Of a DNA stretch of 64,000 bases, positions 1 to 10,232 are shown one piece after another. The notes under the pieces were generated by a model. It saw only the letters and a list, made by a program, of their open reading frames with translations. It was not told where the DNA came from and did no database searches. Made by a program: the position numbers and the translations under genes. The first letter of the stretch is position 1. The number at the start of each line of letters is the position of its first letter. The DNA is from Dehalococcoidia bacterium (GTDB lineage Bacteria > Chloroflexota > Dehalococcoidia > UBA2979): assembly GCA_041674525.1 (NCBI GenBank), contig JBAYVN010000002.1, positions 9,841 to 73,840 of the forward strand. Reading direction: 5' to 3'.

Positions 1-138
1 CCCGGCGCGACGACGGTGCCCGTTCCGCCGCGCCCGCCACGTCTTCGAGACCTCAACGAGACATTCTCGTAATGTTTCCGCAATACCACGCGTTCGCACG
101 CGCGTCCGGCGCGCGCGGACTTCGAACGGGAGCGAACC

Positions 139-1359
139 TTGGTCGAGGTGAGTGCGGGCGACACGGCGTGGCTCCTGGGCAGCGCGGGCCTGGTGCTGTT
201 CATGACCCCGGGTCTGGCGATGTTCTACGGCGGCATGGTCCGCGCGAAGAACGTGCTCGCGATGCTGATGATGAACTACATCGCGATGGGCATCGTCACG
301 ATCCTCTGGATCGTCGCCGGTGCCTCGCTGGCGTTCTCGGGGAACGCGGCGGCGGGGCTCGCGGGCAACCTCGGGCTGGTGGGGCTGCGGGGACTGGGGA
401 CGGGCAACGCCGTCTTCGGGCTCTCCGTCCCCGACTCGGCCTTCCTGATGTTCCAGCTGATGTTCGCCATCATCACGCCGGCAGTGGTCGCCGGCGCCGT
501 GGCCGAGCGCATGAAGTTCACGGCGTGGATGGCCTTCGTCGCCGCGTGGTCGCTGCTGGTCTACGCACCGCTGGCGCACTGGGTGTGGGGCGGCGGGTTC
601 ATCGCCAGTGAGCTGCACGCGATCGACTTCGCGGGCGGGATGGTCGTCGAGATCAACTCCGGGGCGTCCGCACTCGCCCTGGTGCTGGTGCTCGGGCCAC
701 GCACGGGCTGGGGCCGTCAGATCATCCGCCCGCACAACCTGCCGCTCACGATCCTCGGGGCCGGCATCCTGTGGTTCGGGTGGTTCGGCTTCAACGCCGG
801 ATCCTCGCTGGCGGCGAACGGACTGGCCTCGCAGGCGTTCATGACCACCCACATCGCCGCCGCCGTCGCCGCCTCCGCGTGGATCGCCGCCGAGGCCATC
901 ACCGGCGGCAAGCCGACCACGCTGGGCTTCGCTTCGGGGGCCGTCGCCGGGCTGGTCGCGATCACCCCGGCCGCCGGATTCGTCACCGCGATCGGCGCGG
1001 TGGCCATCGGCGTCGCGGCCGGGTTCGTCTGCTTCGCCGCCCTGCGGCTGAAGACGGCGTTCCGGTTCGACGACTCGCTGGACGTGGTCGCCGTCCACCT
1101 AGTGGGCGGCGTGGTCGGGACGCTGCTCCTCGGCATCCTCGCGGACCGCACCATCAATGCGGCGGCCGGCGGGGGCCTGGAGCAGCTCGGGCGGCAGGCG
1201 ATGGCCGTGGCCGTCGCGTTCGGCTACACGTTCACCGCCACATTCGTGATCGCAAAGGCGCTCGACATGTGGTTCGGGATCCGCGTCAGCGAAGCCATCG
1301 AACACGAGGGCCTCGACGTCGTGCTCCACGAGGAGCAGGCGTACCTGCTGACCGAGTAA
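139..1359 (+). CDS. amtB: Ammonium transporter (Amt/MEP family)
   Basis: 406-aa ORF, multi-TM, with conserved Amt motifs (LVLFMTPGLAMFYGG..., DFAGG..). TTG start has a GGGAG RBS about 8 nt upstream. glnK follows 30 nt downstream, the classical amtB-glnK arrangement. Confidence 0.9.
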   Translation: MVEVSAGDTAWLLGSAGLVLFMTPGLAMFYGGMVRAKNVLAMLMMNYIAMGIVTILWIVAGASLAFSGNAAAGLAGNLGLVGLRGLGTGNAVFGLSVPDSAFLMFQLMFAIITPAVVAGAVAERMKFTAWMAFVAAWSLLVYAPLAHWVWGGGFIASELHAIDFAGGMVVEINSGASALALVLVLGPRTGWGRQIIRPHNLPLTILGAGILWFGWFGFNAGSSLAANGLASQAFMTTHIAAAVAASAWIAAEAITGGKPTTLGFASGAVAGLVAITPAAGFVTAIGAVAIGVAAGFVCFAALRLKTAFRFDDSLDVVAVHLVGGVVGTLLLGILADRTINAAAGGGLEQLGRQAMAVAVAFGYTFTATFVIAKALDMWFGIRVSEAIEHEGLDVVLHEEQAYLLTE

Positions 1360-1388
1360 CCTGCTGGTGGAGGGGGAGAGACGACGCC

Positions 1389-1727
1389 ATGAAGCTGATC
1401 ATCGCCTACATCATCCCGTTCAAGCTGGACGAGGTCCGCGACGCGCTGAAGGAGACCGGCGTCACGGGGCTCTCCGCGGGCAATATCCAGGGCTTCGGCC
1501 GCCAGGCCGGGCACACGGAGACCTACCGCGGCGCGGAGTACGAGGTGGACATGGTGCCGAAGACGCGCCTCGAGATCCTCGTCGATGACCTGCTCGCGCC
1601 GATGGTGATCTCGACGATCGAGCGGACCGCGCGCACCGGATCGATCGGGGATGGCAAGATCGCCGTCATCCCGGTGGAGGACGTGATCCGCATCCGCACC
1701 GGCGAGCGCGGTCGGGACGCGCTCTAG
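1389..1727 (+). CDS. glnK: PII nitrogen regulatory protein
   Basis: 112 aa starting MKLIIAYI, with a T-loop Tyr context (TYRGAEY) and a GGGGGAG RBS. It lies inside the longer ORF 771..1727, whose 5' part is an antisense artefact over amtB. Confidence 0.9.
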   Translation: MKLIIAYIIPFKLDEVRDALKETGVTGLSAGNIQGFGRQAGHTETYRGAEYEVDMVPKTRLEILVDDLLAPMVISTIERTARTGSIGDGKIAVIPVEDVIRIRTGERGRDAL

Positions 1728-1739
1728 CGCGCCGGCGGC

Positions 1740-2600
1740 TTAGGATCGCCCGAAGACGCGCACCAGGAACGGCTCGAACGCGGCGTCGAAGGCCTCGGGC
1801 CGGTCCAGCATCACGTTGTGGTTCGAGCCCTCGATGGTGACCAACTCGCTCCCCCGGATCTCCGCGTGCATGCGCGCGGCCATCGCCTCCCCCAGGTGGC
1901 CCTCGGTCGCGCGGATGATCAGCGCCGGACAATCGATCCGCGAGTAGAGCTCGGTCAGGTCGACGTGCGCGATGTCCTGCATCGTCAGCCGCATGACCGG
2001 CGGCGTGAGGCGCAGGTGCACGCTCCCCGCGTGCTCGCCCGGCTCGATCAGCATCGCGGCGTACTCCTCCGAGTACGCGCTCCAGTTGCGCAGGAAGTTC
2101 GTCTGGCGCATGCGCTCCATGAACTCCTCGCGCGAGGCGTACTCGTGGACCAGCGGCTGGCGAGTGCGCGTGCGCGGGGGCGGCGTGCCGTTGACGTGCG
2201 GAACGATCCCGGGGTCGACGATCGCGAAGCCAGCCGGATCGTGCTCCGTGACCCACGGCATCGCGATGCGCGCGCCCAGCGAGTGCCCCACGATCAGCGG
2301 GCGCCCCCGGTCACCGGCGACGCTGCGCACGACGCAGTCCAGGTCGCCCCCCTGGTCGGCGTACGAGTAGCCCGTCTCGGGCTTGTCGCTCTCCCCGTGC
2401 CCTCGAAGGTCGTATGAGACGAGGCTGTACTCCGGGCCCAGGCGCTCGGCCGTCCGCCGCCAGTGCCAGCCATGCGCGTTCAGGCCGTGGAGCGCGACGA
2501 TGATCCTCGGTCCGTGCCCCCACCGCAGCGTGTGCAGGCGCACGCCGTCACGCGGATTCGTGACGTGGAACGATTCGAAGGAGCCGCCTTCACCCGACAC
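1740..2600 (-). CDS. Alpha/beta-fold hydrolase
   Basis: HG oxyanion motif (IVALHGLNAHG) and GHSLG nucleophile elbow. A GTG start at 2600 is chosen because of a GGAGAGGG RBS; the ATG at 2651 is an alternative. Confidence 0.75.
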   Translation of the reverse strand: MSGEGGSFESFHVTNPRDGVRLHTLRWGHGPRIIVALHGLNAHGWHWRRTAERLGPEYSLVSYDLRGHGESDKPETGYSYADQGGDLDCVVRSVAGDRGRPLIVGHSLGARIAMPWVTEHDPAGFAIVDPGIVPHVNGTPPPRTRTRQPLVHEYASREEFMERMRQTNFLRNWSAYSEEYAAMLIEPGEHAGSVHLRLTPPVMRLTMQDIAHVDLTELYSRIDCPALIIRATEGHLGEAMAARMHAEIRGSELVTIEGSNHNVMLDRPEAFDAAFEPFLVRVFGRS

Positions 2601-2910
2601 TGGGTTCCCTCTCCACCATGCCGCCGGCGATCGCGCCGCCCCGGCCATCACCCGCCGCTGACCTCGATCCGGTGCCGGAACCAGCGCCGGGCCGGGAAGT
2701 CTCCGCGCATGGTAACGGCTCTGTCACCCTCGGCTACGCGCCCCAGCACGCAGCGCACCGCGCCCGCGAGGGCGAGGTTCAGGCGCTCATCACTTCTGTT
2801 ATTCTCCTGCGCACCCGCCGCGAGGCGCGCCGCGCAGAACGCCTCTGCCAGGAGCGCGGAGCGTCGCAGGGGCAGCGCGCAGAGCAGCGTCGCAGAGCAA
2901 GGAGCACCCG

Positions 2911-3930
2911 GTGCAAGTCGTCCTTCGCGTCCCCGCGTTCGCCCCCGTGCCCGAGGTGGTGGAGTTCACGAAGCGCTGCGAGGACGCCGGGTTCGACGGC
3001 GTCGGCTTCGTGGACTCGCAGATGATCACCCGCGACGCCGTGGTCATGCTGGCAGCGGCGGCCACCGCCACGCACCGCGTGCGCCTGGTGCCCGCGGTGA
3101 CGAACCCGATCACGCGCCACGTCTCCGTCTGGGCCTCCACGGCGCAGGCGCTGGACGAGCTGGCGCCGGGACGCATCGAGATCTGGATGGGACGCGGCGC
3201 CAGCTCGGTGAACCTCGCCGGGATGCCGTACGCGACCGTGCGGCGGCTGCGCGAGACCGTAACGAACATGCGCCGGCTGATGGCGGGCGAGTGGGACGTG
3301 TTCCCGGATGTCCACACCCGGATGGGTGGCTCCGGCCGCCAGGTCCCCATCCGTATCGCCGCCGCCGGGCCCCAGGCGTTGAAGCTCGCGGGGGCGATCG
3401 GGGACAGCGTGCTGATCGCCGCGGGCGGCAACGACGCCTCGCTGCAGCGCGCGCGCGACCTGGTGCACGAGGGCGCGCGCGCGGCGGGCCGCGACCCCGC
3501 CGAGGTGCAGATCTCCCTCTCGCTGATGACCTCGATCCGCGAGCAGCGGGAGGATGCCTACCGCTGGGCGAGCCCGCTGTGCGCCCGCAATCTGCGCAAC
3601 GCGGCCTGGCTGGCGGACGCGGGCATCGATGCGCGCGGGATGCAATCGCCGCCCGAGCTGGACACGCTCTACCCGGACTTCTTCCACGCCGAGGACTGGA
3701 ACCGCGCGATGGCGCTCTCGTCGTTCCTCCCGGACGACCTGCTCGCGCAGATGGCCCCGCGCGTGGGCCTCGTCGGCTCTCCCGAGGACTGCGTGGAGCG
3801 CCTGCGCGAGCTCTCGCGCGCCGGGTTCACTGAGGTCTTCATGCAGACGATCGGGACGATGAACTACCCCGAGGCGGAGCTGCGCGCCTTCGCGACGACC
3901 ATCGGCCCCGCAGTCGCGGCGCTGCCCTGA
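2911..3930 (+). CDS. Luciferase-like monooxygenase family (F420- or flavin-dependent) oxidoreductase
   Basis: 339 aa with TIM-barrel LLM signatures (FDGVGFVDSQM, ..RIEIWMGRG..). Confidence 0.8.
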   Translation: MQVVLRVPAFAPVPEVVEFTKRCEDAGFDGVGFVDSQMITRDAVVMLAAAATATHRVRLVPAVTNPITRHVSVWASTAQALDELAPGRIEIWMGRGASSVNLAGMPYATVRRLRETVTNMRRLMAGEWDVFPDVHTRMGGSGRQVPIRIAAAGPQALKLAGAIGDSVLIAAGGNDASLQRARDLVHEGARAAGRDPAEVQISLSLMTSIREQREDAYRWASPLCARNLRNAAWLADAGIDARGMQSPPELDTLYPDFFHAEDWNRAMALSSFLPDDLLAQMAPRVGLVGSPEDCVERLRELSRAGFTEVFMQTIGTMNYPEAELRAFATTIGPAVAALP

Positions 3931-4091
3931 TCGCCACGCCCGCATCGCGGAGCACGCAGCGCGGCCCCCGGGGCTCCCGTTTGCGCCGGTTGCGTTCACG
4001 TTTGTGATTGACGGGCGGGTTAGCATACGCCCGCCAGTTGAATCAGCGCGTGCTTCGCAATACCGGCGAGCCGCGGAAAGGGTGCGCGGCC

Positions 4092-5223
4092 ATGAAGTTC
4101 GGGATGTTCCTGCTGATGCAGTCCCCCAACATGCTCCCTTCGGGCGAGGTGTATCGGAACGCCATCGAGCAGGTCGAGTTCGCGGACGCGATCGGCCTCG
4201 ACTACGTCGTGCTGGCCGAGCACCACTTCTCCAGTTACGGCTTCCTGCCGAACCCGCTGATGTTGATCCCGAAGCTCGCGGACCGTGCGCCGCACGTCCG
4301 CTTCAGCACCGCCGTCGTCGTGCTGCCGCTGCACGACCCGCTCCAGGTCGCGGAGGAGATCGCGATGGTGGATCACCTCACCGGTGGCCGCCTGGAGGTC
4401 GGGTTCGGCACCGGTTACCAGCAGTACGAGTTCCAGCGCTTCAACCGCCCGCTCGCCGAGAATCGCGCGATCTTCGAGGAGACCCTTGACGTGATCGTGA
4501 AGGCGCTGACGCAGGCGCCGTTCAGCCACCAGGGCCCATTACTTCAACATCCCGGAGACCACCACCCTGCCGCGGCCGCTCCAGGTGCCGCACCCGAAGT
4601 TCTGGCGAGCCACTTCCAGCGTGGAGAACATGGCGTCCACGCTGCGTCGAGGGATGAACGTCATCACGGGTGGCACGGCGAGCAGCATCGAGCGGGTGAT
4701 CAGCACATGGCACCTGTTCCAGGACGCCGTGGAGCTGTCCGGGATGGGCTGGCCGCAGGAGTTCATCGTCCAGCGCGGCGTGTACGTCTCGGACACGGAA
4801 GAGGATGCCCGCGCGCAGCTGCAGCAGGCGATCTGGCACACCCGCACCGCCCGCGGGCTCTCCTCGAACAGCCTCCCCGTGGACGCCGGTCGCGCGCTGA
4901 CGGAGCAGACCGCGCGCGTGGCGCAGGAGGACGATCCGGACATCCTGTACCGGGACTGGTTCTTCGGCACGCCGGAGGTGGTGGCGGAGAAGCTGCACCG
5001 TCTCACGCAGTACACGGGCGTGTCCTACTTCAACGGATCGTTCTCCCTGGGCGCGCTGCCGCAGGCGAAGGTCCTGCGCTCCATGGAGCTCTTCGCGACG
5101 AAGGTGATGCCTCTGCTGCGGGCGTACGAGCCGGATCAGGCAAAGTACCCGCGGCGCGAGGACGCCCCGGACCCGAAGGGCTACTACGCCTGGGAGGAGG
5201 GGATGCCGACCACGTTCGGCTAG
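4092..5223 (+). pseudogene. Luciferase-like monooxygenase family oxidoreductase with an apparent frameshift near 4533-4540
   Basis: The N-terminal LLM half (MKFGMFLLMQ...FSHQG) is in the frame of ORF 4008..5438. The C-terminal half (YFNIPETTTLPRPLQVPHPKFW... to TTFG) is in the frame of ORF 4585..5223. The two meet at the gcccattacttc sequence. This could be a true frameshift or a sequencing/assembly error. Confidence 0.55.
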
Positions 5224-5323
5224 GCCCGCTGACCGGCTCAGCCGGCACACCCTGCCCACCAGCGGTACGGTGTGATCGTGGCGGCCGCGTGAGGCCGCTC
5301 GCGGTCAGCGAAGGGGCGCCCCC

Positions 5324-6202
5324 GTGGCCGAGCTCCGCCGGAGGACGGCATCGCTGCTGCGCACCCGGGCGTTCACCGTCTGGGCGGTCGCCATCCTCGC
5401 CGGCGCGCTGCTCATGCAGACGCCGTTGCGCACGCTGATCTTCGGCGACTCGACGCTGGGTGGGTTTGTGGTCGTGGTCGACGCGGGCCACGGCGGCGAG
5501 GAACTTGGCGCCACGGCCCCCGGCATCGTCGAGCGCGACTCGAACCTAGACCTGGCGAAGCGCGTGCAGGTGCTGCTGGAGCGGCGCGGCGCGCGCGTGG
5601 TGCTCACGCGCCCGTCCGAGAATCGCCCGGGGGACGACGCGAGGGCGGGCCTGAGCGGGTACACGGCGACCTTTGCCGACCTGCAGGCGCGCGTGGCCAT
5701 CGCGAACGAGGCGCACGCCGACGCCTTCGTCTCGATCCACTCCAACCTCTTCGGCGATCCGAACGTGCGCGGACTCCAGGCCTGGTACGACGCCCAGCGG
5801 CCATTCGCGGACGAGAATCGCCGCCTCGCCACGCTCTGCATCGAAAGTGTGCGGGCGGCCCTGTCGATCGGCGGCTACGAGGTGCCCAGCGGCGGCGCGA
5901 TGGACGAGGCGGGGCTGCAGGACGCCTCCGGCCGCGACACGCCGCTCCTGGTGCTCGGGCCGGAGCGGGACGTGCTGCGCGAGGAGCTGCTGGACCGGGG
6001 GGCGGACCCGGCGGCGCTCGGGCTTGGGCCGGGTGATGCCTCGTACCACACGGCGGCGACGTCGATGCCGGGGAGCCTGCTGGAGATCCTGTTCGTCAGC
6101 AACGAGGCGGACGCCGCGCTGCTGAAGGACGACACGGCCCGGTCGCTGATCGCCGCCGGCATCGCGTACGGCATCGAACGGTTCCTGCTCGAGCAGCCCT
6201 GA
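5324..6202 (+). CDS. N-acetylmuramoyl-L-alanine amidase (Amidase_3 family)
   Basis: N-terminal TM/signal, then VVVDAGHGGEE and ..SIHSN.. zinc-ligand motifs typical of AmiC/CwlD amidases. Confidence 0.8.
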   Translation: MAELRRRTASLLRTRAFTVWAVAILAGALLMQTPLRTLIFGDSTLGGFVVVVDAGHGGEELGATAPGIVERDSNLDLAKRVQVLLERRGARVVLTRPSENRPGDDARAGLSGYTATFADLQARVAIANEAHADAFVSIHSNLFGDPNVRGLQAWYDAQRPFADENRRLATLCIESVRAALSIGGYEVPSGGAMDEAGLQDASGRDTPLLVLGPERDVLREELLDRGADPAALGLGPGDASYHTAATSMPGSLLEILFVSNEADAALLKDDTARSLIAAGIAYGIERFLLEQP

Positions 6203-6277
6203 GTCGACCGCGGAGCGAATCGCGGGAGGCCCGCCGGCTGGCGGGCCTCCCGGGCTGCGGCACGGTGTCCGAACGGG

Positions 6278-7210
6278 CTAGCCGATGGGGCGGATGCCGG
6301 CGCCGGGCGCGCCCGTGCCGGACGCCACGGCGGCGGCCGTCGCCTGGTCCACGCCCTTCGCCCACTTCCGCTTCAGCGGGTCGCTGACATGGAAGCCGAG
6401 CGTGCTGACCTTCTCGATCTCCATCTCGATGTACTCGCCGTCCTGCATGGCGCCGAGGCCCTGGTGGTTCGTGCCCGTGAAGAGCAGGTCGCCGGGGACC
6501 ACCGTCATGAAGCTCGAGAAGAACTCGATGCACTCGGGGATGTCGTGCGCCATGTCGTCGGTGTTGTACTTGCCGCGCAGCTCACCATCCACGGTCAGGC
6601 GCACGTTGAGCGCGTGCGGATCCTCGATCTCGTCCTTCGTGACGATGCAGGACCCGAGCGGCGCGAAGGTGTCGAAGTTCTTGCCCAGCCGCGTCCCGCC
6701 GCCGTTCGAGCCGGTGTTCCCCTCGCGCGCGGACCCGTCGACGCCGCAGGTGTACCCGAAGACGTAGTCCATCGCGTTGGAGCGGCCGATGCCCTTGCCG
6801 CGCTTGCCCATCACGGCCACCAGCTCCGGCTCGTGGTGGAAGATGTTGGCGTCCAGCGGGGGCAGCACCAGGGTGCCCCCATGTCCGATGACGGCCTCCG
6901 GGTTCTTCAGGAAGCCCCACATCGGCTGCACCGGACGCGTGCCGTTCTCCTTGTAGTTGGCGCCCATGCACATGATCTTCGGCGGACGGGGGAGCGGCGC
7001 CTCGATCTGCACGGAGGCGAGCGGGACGGCCGCGCCGCTCTGTTCCAGGCTGGCGAGGTCGCCTCGCACGGCCTCCCAGTTCGCGATGATCGCCTCCATC
7101 GCCTCCTGGCCGCTGCGCGGCTGGAAGCGCTGGAGCGCCTGCGAGACGTCCACCACGCCGCGGCTGCCGAGCACCCCGGGGCGGCCATTGTTGAACAGTA
7201 CGAGCTTCAC
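6278..7210 (-). CDS. Fumarylacetoacetate hydrolase (FAH) family protein
   Basis: 310 aa with an FAH-fold C-terminal pattern (..ELVAVMGK.., DYVFGYT..NDxSAR-like, GDLLFTGT). Paralog of 27005..27925. Confidence 0.8.
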   Translation of the reverse strand: MKLVLFNNGRPGVLGSRGVVDVSQALQRFQPRSGQEAMEAIIANWEAVRGDLASLEQSGAAVPLASVQIEAPLPRPPKIMCMGANYKENGTRPVQPMWGFLKNPEAVIGHGGTLVLPPLDANIFHHEPELVAVMGKRGKGIGRSNAMDYVFGYTCGVDGSAREGNTGSNGGGTRLGKNFDTFAPLGSCIVTKDEIEDPHALNVRLTVDGELRGKYNTDDMAHDIPECIEFFSSFMTVVPGDLLFTGTNHQGLGAMQDGEYIEMEIEKVSTLGFHVSDPLKRKWAKGVDQATAAAVASGTGAPGAGIRPIG

Positions 7211-7435
7211 GGTCTCATCCCTCCCTGCAGCCGCACGCCGATCGGCGGTGCTCCGACTCTGTGGCGCGAGGTCCGCGAGCCTCCGATGGCGACCGATCCG
7301 CCTCGACGCGCGCCGGCCCTGCCCCTCTACTACGCCCCTGCGCGGCGCACTTCAAGCGCATGCAGGCCGGGAGATGCCTTTTGCCAGCAAGATGCATGCA
7401 AATGCGAGAGGGATCCGCGGTGCGCCGCCGCCGAT

Positions 7436-7471
7436 CACACAGGGGCCCGCCGATCGGCGGGCCCCTGTGTG
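7436..7471. terminator. Perfect 36-nt palindrome (cacacaggggcccgccga / tcggcgggcccctgtgtg) between genes
   Basis: Seen directly in the sequence. It lies downstream of the minus-strand MBL gene stop (7549) and upstream of the FAH start (7210). Confidence 0.5.
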
Positions 7472-7548
7472 CGAGCTCCGGGTTCCGGGAGAGCGCCTCC
7501 GGTGCGCGCTGAGTGCGCTCGCCGCGGCGCGCCCCCCGGCGCACGGGG

Positions 7549-8196
7549 CTAGAGCGAGGGCTGGAGGATCTGCACAATGCCCTCGTCGCAGAGCTCCTTG
7601 AAGCGCTGCGCCTCGGCCTCGCTCCCGACAACGGTGTAGTGGATCGGCACGGCGAGGCGCGGCTTCAGGTCCTCCCGGACCGCGGCGGCGGCTTCCTCGG
7701 GCCCCATGGTGTACGTCCCGCCTACCGGGAGCATGACGACATCCGCCCGGATGTTCTTCAGCTCCGGGATGCGGTCAATGTCGCCGGCGTGGTACAGCCG
7801 GCGCCCCGCGACCTCGATCACGTAGCCGACCCAGTTGTTCGAGCGCGGGTGGTACGGCTTGTCGATGTTGTAGGCGGGCACGACTTCCACGTGCACGCCC
7901 TCGATCGTGTGCGTCTCGCCCGGCGCGACCGGGTACTTCTTGTCGTCCGGCACGGGCACCTGTGCGATGCAGTCGGGCGGACCGACGGCGATCGTCTCGG
8001 GCTTGATCACCTTGCGCATGTCGTCCGTGGAGAGGTGGTCACCGTGGGCATGGGTGATGAACAGGATGTCGGCCTTCGGGTCGCCGCTGCCCGACAGCCG
8101 GAAGGGGTCGATCCAGATCACCTTCCCGTTCGTGATCAGGAAGGTCGACTGCGCCCCCTTCGTCACTCCGTGGAGCAGATCGCTCGCCTGCGTCAT
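7549..8196 (-). CDS. MBL-fold metallo-hydrolase
   Basis: HxHxDH motif (ITHAHGDH). Start at MTQASDLL is preceded by a GGAGGAGG RBS. Confidence 0.8.
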   Translation of the reverse strand: MTQASDLLHGVTKGAQSTFLITNGKVIWIDPFRLSGSGDPKADILFITHAHGDHLSTDDMRKVIKPETIAVGPPDCIAQVPVPDDKKYPVAPGETHTIEGVHVEVVPAYNIDKPYHPRSNNWVGYVIEVAGRRLYHAGDIDRIPELKNIRADVVMLPVGGTYTMGPEEAAAAVREDLKPRLAVPIHYTVVGSEAEAQRFKELCDEGIVQILQPSL

Positions 8197-8456
8197 CCTG
8201 TCCTCCTCCATCCACTCCGCGCGCACGCGAAGTCATGATCACCCGGCGCCCGGGCTCTGCGAGTGGTGAGCGACGAGGGGCGGGTGCCTCGTCCGTCCGA
8301 GGAATCTACACGCTCCCCGGGTGATTCCGCCAGAACGGCGCGGATCGCCCCCTGCCAGTTGCCCCCGCTCGCGGCGCGTCCGACGCTGTACCCGGAAGCG
8401 CCCGCGGGCACGGGGCCCGTGCGCCGGCACTGGCTTCCGGGAACGGGTGGAGGACC

Positions 8457-9200
8457 ATGAAGCGCCTGGTGGTGTTCGACCTCGACGGCACGTTGGCGGA
8501 GAGCAAGTCCTCCCTGGACCCGGAGATGGCGCGCGTGCTGCGCGCGCTGCTCGGCGTGGCCCACGTCGCGGTCATCTCCGGCGGCGACTGGCCGCAGTTC
8601 GAGAGCCAGCTCCTCGCCTCGCTCGAAACGGGCGACCATCTGCGCGCGCTGTCCCTGCTGCCGACGTGCGGCACCAAGTTCTACGAGTACGACGGTGCCT
8701 GGAAGCAGCGGTACGCCGACAACCTCTCGGCCGGCGAGGTCGAGGAGATCGTCGCCGCGCTCCAGGGGGCGGTGGATGCGGCCGGCGTGGCGCCAGCGCA
8801 AACGTGGGGCGAACAGATCGAGAACCGGGACAGCCAGATCACCTTCTCCGCGCTCGGGCAGCAGGCCCCGCTGGCAGCGAAGAAGGAGTGGGACCCCGAC
8901 TTCGCGAAGCGCCAGCGGATCAAGGCGCTGCTGGATGCCACGCTCCCCCACTTCTCGGTGCGCCTCGGCGGCACCACGTCCATCGACGTCACGAAGCCGG
9001 GGATCGACAAGGCGTACGGGATCCGCAGGCTGGTCGAGGCGCTCGGGATCACGATCCCGGAGATGATCTTCGTAGGCGACGCGCTGTTCCCCGGCGGAAA
9101 CGACTACCCGGCGCGCGAGGCGGGCGTGACGTCGATCCAGGTGGACGGCCCGAAGGAGACGAAGCGAGTCGTCGAGACGATCGTCGCCTGCCTCGAGTGA
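8457..9200 (+). CDS. HAD-superfamily hydrolase (subfamily IIB, phosphomannomutase-like)
   Basis: DxDGT motif at the N-terminus (VVFDLDGTLA) and a C-terminal ..FVGDAL..GGND.. motif. Confidence 0.75.
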   Translation: MKRLVVFDLDGTLAESKSSLDPEMARVLRALLGVAHVAVISGGDWPQFESQLLASLETGDHLRALSLLPTCGTKFYEYDGAWKQRYADNLSAGEVEEIVAALQGAVDAAGVAPAQTWGEQIENRDSQITFSALGQQAPLAAKKEWDPDFAKRQRIKALLDATLPHFSVRLGGTTSIDVTKPGIDKAYGIRRLVEALGITIPEMIFVGDALFPGGNDYPAREAGVTSIQVDGPKETKRVVETIVACLE

Positions 9201-9240
9201 GCGCCCGGGCTCGAGTGGGTGCCCGGGAGGGGCCGGGCGG

Positions 9241-10185
9241 TCAGAACGTCGCGATCGGGTTGACGGGCGACCCAGTGCCGCCGAGCACCACCAGCGGCGC
9301 GACGGTGAACAGGAACTCGTAGCGCCCCGACTCCGCGCAGACCTGCGAGAGCCGCTCGAAGTTCGCGTTGTCCAGCAGCGGCATGCCCATGTGCGGGATG
9401 GCGATGCGGTGCAGCGGGATCTGCTCGCCGTACTGCTCCTGGTGCGACGCCTCCATGAAGTCCCATGCCAGCAGCGACGCATTCGTGTCGTACAGGAATT
9501 CGAGGGCAGACACGGCCACGCCGGGGGTGTTGAGCGGGTACGCGTGCTCGAAGTCCGGGTGCGCCGCCCAGAACGGCTCGGCCCCCGATCGCACGAGGAC
9601 GGCGTCCCCGGCGCGGGGGGTGATGCCGTGCAGGCGTGCAAAGTCGTCCAGGTCCCAGCCCTCCACCGGCTCGCCGTCCTGCACGTGGCGCTGCTCGCGC
9701 ATCCGCGGGATGTCGTACAGCACGCCGCGGGTGACGATGCCGTCCCGCCAGTAGTCGACGGAGTTCGTTTCCGCGCGCTCCGTGGTCACCATCGAGGCAG
9801 GGCGGCCGTTGTAGAGCTGGCGTTCGGGGCCCCATTCCTCGCCAGTGAACATGTGGCAGAGCGCGTCGATGTGCGTGGTGACGAAGCCGTGGTAGTAGAC
9901 GCCGATGTAGTCCCCACTGCCGCCGGGGTTCACGGACATCTCGAACTGCGCGGGGCGCGTGTTGCGGCGCGGATCGGGCTGCACCGCGGCGGTCTGCCAC
10001 GGGTTCGAGCAGGAGATGCTGCGCCCATCCCGCACCAGGGCAGCGGCGGCCCGTCGCACGTCGGGGGTGATGTGATTCAGCGTGCCCAGCTGGTCGTCCG
10101 CGCCCCAGCGCCCCCAGTTGTGGAAGCGCTGGCGGTAGGCCCGGTACTCCTCCACCGTGGCCGACCGCCGATCGGCGATGCTCAT
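9241..10185 (-). CDS. Cyclase family protein (kynurenine formamidase-like, PF04199)
   Basis: NWGRWGADDQLGTLN motif and histidine-rich metal site (THIDALCHM). Start at MSIADRR with GGAAGAGGG RBS. Paralog of 48135..49079. Confidence 0.75.
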   Translation of the reverse strand: MSIADRRSATVEEYRAYRQRFHNWGRWGADDQLGTLNHITPDVRRAAAALVRDGRSISCSNPWQTAAVQPDPRRNTRPAQFEMSVNPGGSGDYIGVYYHGFVTTHIDALCHMFTGEEWGPERQLYNGRPASMVTTERAETNSVDYWRDGIVTRGVLYDIPRMREQRHVQDGEPVEGWDLDDFARLHGITPRAGDAVLVRSGAEPFWAAHPDFEHAYPLNTPGVAVSALEFLYDTNASLLAWDFMEASHQEQYGEQIPLHRIAIPHMGMPLLDNANFERLSQVCAESGRYEFLFTVAPLVVLGGTGSPVNPIATF

Positions 10186-10232
10186 CGTGCCCTCTTCCTG
10201 TTCCGGTGCGTGCCGCGAGTATCGCCGCGTTG

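Noticed and set aside
771-1388. Upstream 206 codons of ORF 771..1727 (Arg/His-rich)
   Set aside because: The real gene is glnK starting at 1389. The upstream part is an antisense artefact overlapping amtB.
4540-5438. Continuation of ORF 4008..5438 beyond the LLM N-domain
   Set aside because: Pro/Arg/Gly-rich out-of-frame read-through. The genuine C-terminal half is in the frame of ORF 4585..5223.
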